From Marsupella aquatica (taxonomy: Eukaryota; Plantae; Marchantiophyta): a DNA stretch of 64,000 bases. Below the pieces are notes generated by a model that saw nothing but the letters and a program-made list of their open reading frames with translations, was not told where the DNA came from and did not search any database. The stretch spans positions 3,826,018 to 3,890,017 of the forward strand of contig OZ316891.1 of the NCBI GenBank assembly GCA_973895155.1, written 5' to 3'. The stretch's first letter is position 1, and every line of letters starts with the position of its first letter. Below, in pieces: positions 12,441 to 23,764 of this stretch. The translations under genes and the position numbers were made by a program.

Positions 12441-12804
12441 TGTTAAGTAAACAACCATTACTCATAAGACATCCATAAGCATATGCATAAGCAAAATCCA
12501 CCAAATACACAAGTAATTGACACATGAGATACATGGTTCACCTCACCAGAGGCTACATCCACGGGAACACACAAGAGAACTTTACTGAACTCTAAGCCCA
12601 TCGGCCATACCAAGTCTCCATAGATTAAGCTCTCCCTATCTCCTAACTGACTCTATAACAATGAGCCTAAGTTCTATCCAGTAACAAAAATCTGCTAATG
12701 TAAATAGTAGTTGCACATCTAACAGTAACCTAGCACCTGACTATGAGTTGACTAACTGCGAGTACAAAGTAACTCTAGACCTAAGAGAAAATACCTAAGT
12801 AACA
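12441..12804. mobile_element. Solo LTR
   Basis: Begins TGTTA and ends TAACA (inverted termini). Flanked by a perfect 5-bp TSD CTAAA at 12436-12440 and 12805-12809. Length 364 bp. Confidence 0.8.
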
Positions 12805-13385
12805 CTAAAGGCAGGTTCCATTATCATGGTTCACATATGCTGAGAATGAATGGATTGACAATATCACAATGGACTCATTTGAGAGTTGAATAGCCTCTCT
12901 TGCCAAATTTAATGTCAGGTGGTCTTCATAAGCTTAGAATTGATGGCTAAACCTAAGATGGTCCCCTTTATTCCAGGTTCATGGAGGATCCTGGACCCTT
13001 GCTTGGAGATAGGGATCTTGCATTTCAAACAATCAGTATGACATGAGTACTGGCCTCTTAACAACTTGAAGATATTAGCCATGTTGGTAATGTGTTAATC
13101 AGAGGCCTTGCTCTGCGCTACTTAAATCCTGCAAGGATTTTCTTTTTGTGTATTTGTGAACTTTATGGAAGAGAATACACATCATGCATGCAGAATGCCA
13201 TGACATTTTGAAATTTCTCCTCTTGGTAAAGAAGTAAAATCTGGACTTGCATGAAATGTGGGAGGAGTGAAAAGAGTATTAACTCCTTGTTTCCAGGGTA
13301 TGATGGGCAACAATACCCCTCAAAACATGTGCTAAAGCCCACTACACAGTAACACTCAGTCGACCTCACTGAGTTACTATTTCCT

Positions 13386-16300
13386 TCATTGATTGGGACC
13401 TGGGCATAGTTTATTGTCATAAATGCCAGTCTCTTCTGCCATTTGGGCTTCCTCCTTAATCTCCTCATTATAGTCTCGGATGTCACTGGGAAGGGTTTTC
13501 AATATTTGCTGCAGTTCGTGGGCAGTTGGCTGAGCAATCTGTTTACTAGTCAAGGTGATATACTTCTCTTGGTGGCTTTCATGCTTTCCATGACTTAACA
13601 TGTTGGAATCAGGTGAAGGTGTAGATTTGGTATAGTCCATGGTTTTAGGTTTGTCTTTCAGAAGTGCTTCAACTCGTGAGTCCAATTCTGCATACTTGTG
13701 CTTGTCCTTCTTGAGACCCACTGGCAACAGGAAATGCAGACTTTGGTCGTCTGGGGGCACAAACTCAGGCTTGTAATCAGGCAATATGGGAATCACATGC
13801 TTTTCGTGAGTACCTTTATCCTCTTCACCTTTCGAAACAGAGGCATTTGTTGATGCTGAACTTGTTGTGCTTGAGTCACCATACTCTGGCTCTGTCCTAT
13901 GTCCAAGTTCTGGCCTGCATTCGTTTTTCAGCCGACGACTAGGTTTTGAAGGGTCATTTTGGGCAGAAGATGTAGAAGACTTCGAGTAAGCTCGAGGAAA
14001 ACAAGAATTGGAAGTTACTAGCACCGGGGCTTCCATCCTTATTGGAGGTCGAAAAGCAGGATTGCTTGTAGTACCAGCTGCAGTTCTGTTGGTAGCAGCT
14101 CCAGCAGCTGGAGAGATGGGAATTGAGGCAACCTCCTTGTCGACTTTTGAGGCCGAATCTGGTGCTTTTGCCGCAATCTGAGCTTTGGAAACAGGTTTGT
14201 TTCCGCTAGGAACAGGGGATTGCAAAGGAATTGAGAATAGGGAGTCATCCTCAATGTCATCAGCCATGGTTTGAGCTCTAGAAACATTATTAGTATTGGT
14301 TGTGGTAGGAGTTGCCCTCGGCACACAAGGAGCAGCAGCAGCAGCAACATGGGCAAGAAGTCTTAACATGAATGGATCATCCTTGATCTGAACGACATTG
14401 GTCTGCTGATTGTTGTGTCGGGTGCTCCGATTGATAGGTTCCGGGAGTGGTTCGGGGACAGCTCGAACAGGGTTTGCTCTCCGATTGATAGGTTCCGGGA
14501 GTGGTTCGGGGACAGCTCGAACAGGGTTTGCTCTCCGATTGAAAGGTTCCGGGAGTGGTTTGGGGACGGCTCGAACGGGGGTGGGGTTACTGCCTCTATA
14601 TGTCGGAGATAACATTGTATTGGTGTAGGCCTCTATAGGGGGAGGGTGTAAAATCATACTCTCAGCTCCTTCAGGAATGACAGTAGAGTAAGGCCTGGTA
14701 TCGTTCTGGTCCCTGTCCCGAATGAAAGGATGCTGTAGGAGCTGTTCGTGAGGAAAATGTACACCAATTAATATACTAGCATATGGACAGAAAATGTTTG
14801 AGCATTTTGAGATTGGCTGAATTTGGCTAGGATTGTAAGAGGTGAAGGGGACAATGTAATTATCATGGATGAAGTTTGATTGTATGAAACAACTTAATGA
14901 ACAAATCTCGATTTAGTGGTCTGCACGCGCATCTCTATCTAATTGAGTGGTATACATGCGCATCGGCTTACTCTGGCTACCAGCTGTTTTTGTTTAAATT
15001 CTTGCCGAACTTGGGGGTTGTGGACTTCACATTCATTCCATTTTTATCTTATCGTTGGAATACAGAGCTTCACATATTTTTAAACTTCAATTACCAGCCC
15101 ACCTGAGCAGCTGTCGAGCGCTTATAACGATCGCCAACGAGGCAACTCCGGAGGAAGTTCTGGCAGTCATTAGATAGCCACGTGGGAACATATACGGATT
15201 CAGGGAGAGACCCTAAAAGCATTTCTAGCACCGTGCAACCCAGAGAAAAGATATCCGAGGCAAACCCCTGCTCCACCTTCAAATATACCTCTGGAGCTAA
15301 GTATCCCCATGTGCTGATCTGAAAAAAATTAAGTTTTTTCTTCTTGAGTGTCTTGCACCCTCCAAAGTCTGCCAGTTTGAGGCAGTCCTCAGCCACAAGG
15401 ACGTTCAACGGCTTAATGTCCCCATGCACAAATTGCTTTCGATGGAGATAATCCACTCCTTTCAGAAGGTCGGCTGTATACGCTCTGATGTATGGCATTC
15501 AGGATGTCTACTTAGCTAGTCTTAGGCGATTATTTACTATCATACAAAAGCTTAGCGAGTAAGTGCAGAAATAACCCGTGTCCATAAAAATTCGATTCAT
15601 CAATACAATTGTATGCTAGTGACTAGCTATTTAGCTCTGACAGTTGATTCATAACATACAACTGTGCAAGCAAGTAAAGTCTATGAAGTCTTCAGCTCCG
15701 TCTGCGAGCTCACTTATAGGTTTTTTTGTATATATCCTTGAAGTCGGTCAAACAAGAGTACGTACTGTAAGATCCCTGTCGTGAACTATAGAGACACTAT
15801 TCCCTTTCACACCTTAAACAACGAAAGCTCATCCCAAAGGTTCTTGGAAAATTTTGGATTCTAGTTATCTGGTGCGGATTAATTAATCTGGAGCTGGCTA
15901 GGTTTGAGTCATATTTAAACACTCTACATCAGTGCCCGATCATGTGATATGCAATCCAAAAGCTAGACTTGCCTACTTAGCCGATTGATTCCTGTTGAAG
16001 CCGTCTCGTTAGCTTTGAGGAAAGTATGTTAATACCTTACATAGTCTTCGGGCATTCCACGTTTTGGCGCCAGCTTCGAGCTATCTAAAGATTTTGACGT
16101 CGAGCTACTACCTCCAGCTTGTATTTGTGGGCTTACCGGTTGGTGGGCAGAATCGACAGTCTGGCTCACTTTCCATTTCATCCTCTGCATCAAATGATGA
16201 AGACTACCTCTTGGAATGTACTCGAGAAATAAATCCAGCATTGGGATTTCATTCTGGTTGAACGAGTTTGAAGCATCAGAGCACCCACATCCCAGCATCC

Positions 16301-17441
16301 TGACTATGTGTTTGCATCTGAAACATCAACTACTTGCGGACAGTAAGACCCTACAATTTCTGTATCTAGAATAGACAGATGAATCATGAATATTTCTGAT
16401 TTTTGTATTTGATGCCTCTGATCTCAACTAATGGTGCTACTGATGGAATTGAGTTTGGAGAATTAAATTGATGTCCAGTTTCAACTTTGAAGCAAGTTGA
16501 ATTTAAGAGAATTCTGCGTTCATCTCTCGATGCGTGTCCTAAGTAATCAGTAATGTTCTAAGCCAAACAGTCCGACTTGTTCAAACATGATTGTATTCCA
16601 TGTCTTACATTGCTGTAGGGAGTAGTATTAATTACAGAGTCGTTGGAAGACGTATCAGATACGAATGACTTCAGTGTCCACGCGTGGCCAAAAATGTTGA
16701 TGTTGAATCTGTTCAAACTAAGTAACCTGTCCGCGTATCACTTACAAAGGGAGGAGAATGTGTTTTTCCATAACTTTTAGTGTTGACAAAGGTTGTTTGA
16801 TGGGAGAGAAGGGTGGAGAGGGTATTAGCTTCAAGTTATCGTTCCAAGCATCTCAGGAGACCGTTTAACTTTTCATCATGAAGATTATCGCCTGCGGTCG
16901 GGCTGGCATTGCAGAACAAAGAATGCGGTCTAAAGCTGGATGTATACCTTCAAACGTTACTTAGTAGTGAACATCATGCCCAATCGTCGAGATCTGTTGT
17001 AGCTCCATTCAATATGAGGGAATTGCTTCACATGGGCAGACCATTATGATATATTGCTCCTTAAATTCCAGGCCTGTTGAGCTCAAATCAGGGTCTGCTA
17101 TGTTCTACTTTTTACTTCAATGTTCATATGAACTTGAATGAACAGAATATTTTGACAGCAGCAGCTGTCTTAGACGACTCTTCGCATTAATAATCTACGT
17201 ACCTTAATCTACGGAGAGTCGTAATCTCGTTCCGTAGAGCTTGAAGAGAGCCAGACACCGCAGACAAAGGAGTGGACTTGACAGCAAACACCATCCCGTC
17301 CTCGACCCTCTGTCCAATGTACACCGACCCAAAGGCTCCTTGCCCGATTTTTGCGACTCTCTTCCACTGCTTTCCATGGATTGTGTTCCGTTCCAGATTC
17401 CATTCCTCCGAATTAGCGTTGCCCTTCGCCTGAGTTTCCAT
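13386..17441 (-). CDS. MEKK-type MAP kinase kinase kinase-like Ser/Thr kinase, 4 exons, ~752 aa
   Basis: Exons 17441-17203, 16317-16036, 15484-15103 and 14741-13386 are joined by GT-AG introns in consistent phase (2259 nt). Motifs: KIGQGAFGSVY, FAVK, LRNEI, LFLEY, VRAYTADLLKGVDYLH, HGDIKPLN, KLADFG, YLAPE, SDIFSLGCTVLEM, RSTAAQLLQHPFI. A long Pro/Ser-rich C-terminal tail follows. Confidence 0.88.
14427..14581 (-). repeat. 54-bp coding tandem repeat x~3 (RANPVRAVPEPLPEPINR) in the kinase tail
   Basis: ccgattga(t/a)aggttccgggagtggtt... units start at 14427, 14481 and 14535. Confidence 0.9.
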
Positions 17442-20424
17442 TAGGCTTGACGTTGGCTTCTCAAAACACAGTCTATACACTCATCTACATCCTTTGCTCC
17501 TAATAATCAATACATTGTGTGGCCTGACAACTCTAACGTGTGTGTGTCACTAAACGTCACATTAATTATACTATGTTACAAAGTGCTAGGATAGGCTTTC
17601 CACTCCTTTATTTTCCGGTTTATTTTCCAGCTATAGTATGATAGCTGCCAGGTTCTAAGACACAGCTATTGTAACTAATTCACCAACAAAAATAATCTAA
17701 TTGAGAGTGAAAGAGACATACTATATTTATATAAAAAAACTGCCAAATAACAAAAGGCCCCATACTCGAAAATGTTGAGCAAAGAGGTGACTAGCAACTG
17801 CATGCTAATCATGCTTAACAGGAAGTATGATCCCAAATGAAAGAAACCCAAATGAATAAAGGTGCAAACAAAAACAAAATGACCAAAAAGTCAACAAGCC
17901 CTTGAGTCCCAAACAACGACAAGAGAACTAAAGCCCTATTGAAATACAAGATGAAAAGTCTAGTAAAGCTCAGGAGTACACTGCATGGGAGGTTCATGGT
18001 CATGAAGTAAATGTACAAATATTCTACTAAATGTAGAATGTTGGAAGTGTTATAAGAATGAAATTTAAAGTTTAAACTACTGGGTTGACACGTACAATGA
18101 TTAATACCTTGGTGAGAGGGCGAATGATCTTCATGTGACACGAAGCTTGGACTATGCAATAAAGACACAAAATCGAAATTAGATTCAAGTAATGATTGAA
18201 GCTTCTTTTAGAGAAGTAAGAGAAATTAAACAAGATATTCTAAGATAATATATAGATGCATTGATTAACATGCCTTGTAGACAAAAAGTAAAGGGGGTGG
18301 AAGAACTGAATTAGTTCTAACAGAAGAGAAAGCAAGAGCGACATTGTCTAAAGCAGATTGCATGAAAATAAGTCTTCCACCATATGACAGCATATAGCAG
18401 TCTATGAACAAGCACATTCATTTGATTGTCCTTTCTTGAATTCTTGAAGCCAAGTGCATACCGTAGTAGATGGCAGACTTTCGGGTCGCTGGTCAAGCTC
18501 AAGCCTAGTAGGGCGTCTCAAGCCTCTTGGTTTTGGCTTTGGTCACGGTCACACAAAGTTTCCTGGACGTAAGTGGTGGACTTGCAAATACATAGTTTAC
18601 CACTTATGACCATTGAAGTCCACAACTCATGCTTTTAGGCCAGGGATATTCCCCTAGTATAGTATCAGTGGTATATATGCTTATTTTATTAGAAGTTCCT
18701 AGGATCGTCACAAGTTGTGTGCACTAGACTGGTCGCCATGAGCTCTCAAATTCTTGAAGTTCAAATTATATGACCTTTCCAGGCCCCTTCTCAGGGCCAG
18801 TGCCAGGGCCCAAGCAAGCTAGTGCGAACACAGCTAGGCAAAATCTATGAACGAGAAATGAACTCTTCTAGGCTGGTAGAGCCAAGAAGGTATGGTTCAT
18901 GCAATCTAGTATACTTAGTCGGATGACAAATACGGCTACTGCTATCACCAAGTGAAGGGCAGAAACGCTGTGTCTAGAAATCTAATAAATCATTCATACA
19001 CACGACGTCAACACTTAGGATCCAATTAGAAGATGTACATATAGCCTATATACCATAATGATATGACTGGTAGTGTTACCACCAATAATTAAATACAGAA
19101 AGAGAATCTCGAGAGTTTGCAAATTAAATTTGACAATTTATCTCATGTCTAGAAGTAAAGAATCTGCAATGCCATTTCAGATAAAGTTCAGTGACTATTG
19201 AAACTTCCCTGGAAGCAGATGACCACGAGGTTATAGATGCATCCCATCAAGTGCTACACGAATTATGTCTTCCAAGAAAGGCGTGAGTCAATCAGACAAT
19301 GACAAATCACGCCGTTTGTTTTTTGACCCCTAACTTCCATATGCTTCATTGATTAGGTCTTCTGACTTAACAATGGAATTAAAAAGCCATCCACGTGACT
19401 GGAAGTGAGGCCCTCAAGGTCCTGACAGATAGAAAGGGCAATAAAAATTTCATTAAACACCCTGAGTCACATGTTGAAGTTGGTCTTGGGCATAAATTCT
19501 GGAATACATCTATTGATTGGTGCTAATAAACTGGATAGCCCACGGGAGAAGGATTCAAATGCTTATGTGTACTTGTCTTTTTAGCTAGCTACTTACCAGC
19601 TGCCCTGTGACTTAACAAAAACACCATTACCTGCTAAATTTGCCTAAATCCCCATCACTGAGTTTGGGTTCTACTCTATTCTAGTCCAAATCTCCATCAC
19701 CATCTTGGAAAGCTTAATTGATCCATTCCTGGTTTATGAGGGTGGCCCTTCACCTCACGCCTCAAGTCATAATCCTTGCTCCCTTGATTTAGTGATATGC
19801 AAGAAAAATGAAGAGGGAGGGAGGAGAGAGGCACACAATCATACACACACAAAATGGACTCTTATAGTTCCTTTAGTGGACATATGCTTCAATATAATTA
19901 TGCTCAGATCGGAGACACAAAAGATTCAAATGTTTACGTAATTATGCCAAAACCACCTCTCTGCTTACTCTAGAATCTTTGTAGAAATCATAGGAGTTGC
20001 TTTGAAGAAAATTACCTTGTCTTGGATTTGAAAACACATAGAAATACAACCCTAACTAGTGTAAAATAAAAGACTCCCAATTGACAAATAATGAAGATGG
20101 CTCGTTGTGCCAGTATCAAAATAAAACATCAGACAAGAGTTTCATGGTTTGGAATCCTCACCATCACCCTCACACGGTGAGCATCTAAGAGCAATATATT
20201 GGTTTGAAAACAGACAGTCTCTATTGAATGACAAGACACCAAAAGAACAATTGAAATGAAAAGGCGCAAGAACAAAACGGTCCATAAAATGAGCCAATAA
20301 CAGATCGAGCTATCATCAATTAAATCAATTTACTAGCAGAGAGACAAACACACAAATAAAATTCAGCTCTCCATGATGTCCTGCCCTGCCCTACTTGGAA
20401 AACCTAAATGAGGGATAGAAAAAC

Positions 20425-20710
20425 CCTCACTATAATTATGGAGCCCTCCATATCACCTGCAATGTTTAGGAATAAGCACCTGCCATAAAAATAATATATT
20501 TTGTGAACTTCATTTCCCCTATTAATTTGGAATACTCTTGAATACTTCCAAAATAATTTCTTTAAAAAACCTATCTTTATCTATGTATCTCAAATTGAAT
20601 ATCCAATATACATATTTTTAAAGTTATAGTTTTTTTAATTGAATTAAAACTCTATCCTTACTTGTATGTCACGATGGGTCACTTGCAAGATTTTGAGTGC
20701 CCTCCCTGAG
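20425..20710. mobile_element. Diverged copy of the MITE family seen at 50436, 51505 and 54217
   Basis: ggagccctccatatcacctgcaatgtttagg matches ggagacctccccatcacctgcaatgtttttagg at ~54236. Also shares ttggaatactcttg. No TSD found. Confidence 0.45.
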
Positions 20711-21442
20711 TTTCAACATAGGTGACTTTGGTCCACCTTGGACTTGCATGGGCTCTGGAATCCTGGGGGTGGAAAGAATTTTGGGATCCTGGGAGTGCAA
20801 AAACTTCTGAGAACTCGAAGAATCTCACCAATTTGTCATGTTAGCTAAGGGAGCAGAGCTTTGTGAAATAGTTCCACTGGTGCCCATTTTTGTCAAGTTC
20901 AACAAATTTATGTCAATGTGTTGAATTCACTGAGTGTCCCTCTTGCGCTAGTTTTTCAAGTTCAACAAATTTGACTTTGAATTTGCAAATTCACTCACAA
21001 TGTCCCTAATGTACCAGGCCCACCATCTTGCAACGGCAATGACCACTGTTCCTGTGGGTCCACCTTAATTGAAACTTGCCCATAATAGGAATGGAGCAAG
21101 CGGCCAGATGAAGGGACCTCCAGCAGAACAAAAATTATCTCCATTTATGCAAAAGTCAGGCCCCTCTCAAGTTTATTTAGGATTGGCAGAACTTAAGAAA
21201 GAACTAACCCCAACATTTTCTAGAGTGAACTCTGGCACTATCTCCCTAATGCACGGCCCAGATTAGGTCTTGGATATCAGAAATGAGAAAAAACTGCCCC
21301 ACTCAGATGTCTTGTAGAGTAGATCTGTCTTAGAAGATCTGATTCTGGCATTGTTCTCCAATCATTCTACTAGGGCATCTCAACCTTCCTCCGGCCTTGG
21401 TTAAGGGGAAAAAAATGGTGGACACACAAATACTTGTCTGCA

Positions 21443-21891
21443 CACTAGTGCTTCCCGATTGAATCTGATAGTTTCCGAACACCTCTTTTTGCCGCCTACC
21501 TGAAGATTTGAGACACCCTATTTGGGGGTCTCAAATGTCTCCTGCGGGCAATACAAAGCCGGCTGAGATGGATGCTTGAAAGTGTGGACGTGGGCCCATG
21601 AAGCGGGCACCCAACTTTGATAAGGACAAAATTGAATAATTTTAAGCTCCCCCGGGGCCTAACTGGCTGGACGTTGTGTAAGTTTGCATACACAAAAGTA
21701 GTGGGAGGTCAAATGCCGCGACCCCATGGTGCAGACCTGCCTCACAGACTTCCATACACTTTTTGCCCACAGCAGTAACTCTAGAGGCGGGCCCCCTTAT
21801 GCTCGTCAGCCCGGGATATTTGAGACCCCCTATTGGCCCCCTTATGCAGGTCAGCCAGGGATATTTGAGACCCCAAATCGTAGCAGTAGTA
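21443..21891. mobile_element. Possible non-autonomous CACTA-like element with subterminal repeats
   Basis: Left end CACTAGTGCT; right end gtagcagtagta. The motif ATTTGAGACCCC occurs in both orientations (~21507-21536 hairpin, 21818, 21863). A 45-bp tandem duplication spans ~21790-21878. No 3-bp TSD match. Confidence 0.4.
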
Positions 21892-23086
21892 AATTGGAAT
21901 GTAGGGTACGCCCATTGTAGGAGTCGGAGTAGATATTGTTGGATCCGGTTGTGCTCATATCCATGTCTTCCAAATCACCAAGTATAGTCTGCACTTCCAT
22001 TTTCTTGCAGCTTACAGGGAGATGGCAATTCCCCTCTTGATTGGCTCGTGTAAGCAATTAAATCATGCGTTTTTCTGATGTAGCTGAATGGTCAAGTTGC
22101 TTGCGTGCAGCTCTCCCTATCAGCCTTCTAGTCAGACTTGCTATTCAAGTATTTGCATCTATTTCCGGGGTCCATTTGTGATTCTTGTCTTGGTCCAGAC
22201 CATGTTCTCTCTCCAACGATCCAATTTCGATCAGTCTCCACCACTTACTAGGCCCTTTCTTCGGACAATTCAGTGGGGGCACTTCCACGTTTTAGACCAC
22301 GAATTCGATAAACCCATACCCGTGCAATTTTGGCAGGAAGATTTGTGGACGGGGTCTGGAGAACCAAACTCGAAGCTAACGAACTGAACTCGAAGCTAAC
22401 GAGCCCATGGCAGTGATACATGTGGAGGCTTGAAGCCAAGCGTGGATCGAGCAATTGAACCCATGCCTGACCAACTATGTCACTCCAAGTAGAGTCGCAC
22501 ACCTGAACTCTTGCTTGACTAACCCTTGCTTGACGACTACGAGGATGCCATGTGCTAGCTGTAACATCAAATCTAGTCTAGACTATGACTCAATCTATGG
22601 TGCTCGATACTAAATTAGGGTGTTCTTCGAAGATGCCTGGCTTTTGTCACCAGGAAGATTTGAAGGTTGCTTCGACCTGTGTAAGGGAAGCATTAGGACA
22701 CCCTCTCGTCCAATGTTTTACTTTCTGGTGAGCAGTTCTGGTACGTTTCCTGCGGGTAATTGCGACTCGGTGCTCATCGTGCTCATCGTGCGTTCACGGT
22801 GGTCGAGACTATCTCACTTCAATGTCAGGCTGATTGCGACACACTGATTTATTGTAAGTTACAGCCCAGATCGAACCTATTGGCTCGAAATTTGTTAGTG
22901 GGAATTCCGGTTGCCATCAGCGGAGCGCAGAGACTCGGAGCGAAGTGGTAGTGTTCGGTAATTTTCGGTCGTCCTCGAGGGTGTGAGGGAAAGCTGATGC
23001 ACGCTAGCTAAAGGGGTTTATGACCGTGCTATCGATTAGTCTCTCGATCAGGCATCTCAAATTCGTTTGTACAGTATTGAGGAGTA

Positions 23087-23764
23087 ATGGGAGCAGACAT
23101 GGCCGACGCAGGCAAATTTGCCACCGAGACAGGAGAGTCGACACATCTTCCTTTTCCTGCAATATACCACGAGAGAGGTCGATGCGGGTGCAATCGGGGA
23201 TGTACCTTCGAACACCGTGACTGCCATACTTGTTTCCTCGCTTGCCTCCGTTACCTCTTTATCGTAGAGTTGGTTTCACTCCTGTGCTTACTAGTCTGGG
23301 CGGTGGTTCAGCCGACAGCTCCCACATTCGACATAGAGAATGTCCATATCTCTGGCCTCAACACGACGTCTTTGCCTATCATTGCGAAAACTACTTTCGT
23401 AATAACGGCTCGCAACCCCAACAAGCTCAGGAGCATTCACTACGACCTCATCGGCGTAACTATGGAAGTGTATGGACACTCCATAGGCGAGGGCAGCATT
23501 CCTCCCTTTCACCAGGGCCACAAGAAAACCACCTTCCTCTCCGGGGACATCGGCCCGATAGAAGTGACATTTGATTCGGAAACTCTTGCCCTCCTGAGCA
23601 CTGAGCGCACGAATGTGCCGTTGCGTGCCAAGCTGGAAGTGAAAGGTCGTCTGGCGGGCATCTCTATTTCACATAATCTTAATATGGAAGTCCACTATAA
23701 CCTCACCGTCGACCTCACTCGTTCAAGCGGATCGCAGGTTAATTACAAGGTGTGCTCGTTGTAG
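23087..23764 (+). CDS. NDR1/HIN1-like (NHL) LEA_2-domain membrane protein
   Basis: Intronless 225-aa ORF. Cys-rich juxtamembrane segment, TM helix LFIVELVSLLCLLVWAVV, then QPTAPTFDI and the NHL motif ITARNPNKLRSIHYD, IPPFHQGHK, and a C-terminal C. Confidence 0.88.
   Translation: MGADMADAGKFATETGESTHLPFPAIYHERGRCGCNRGCTFEHRDCHTCFLACLRYLFIVELVSLLCLLVWAVVQPTAPTFDIENVHISGLNTTSLPIIAKTTFVITARNPNKLRSIHYDLIGVTMEVYGHSIGEGSIPPFHQGHKKTTFLSGDIGPIEVTFDSETLALLSTERTNVPLRAKLEVKGRLAGISISHNLNMEVHYNLTVDLTRSSGSQVNYKVCSL

Noticed and set aside
14410-14628. Plus-strand repeat ORFs (GSGSGSG...)
   Set aside because: They are antisense to the kinase's 54-bp coding repeat.
17966-17980. AAGCTCAGGAG match to the 5' half of miR390 (also at ~23423)
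   Set aside because: Only 11 nt match and no precursor hairpin is evident.
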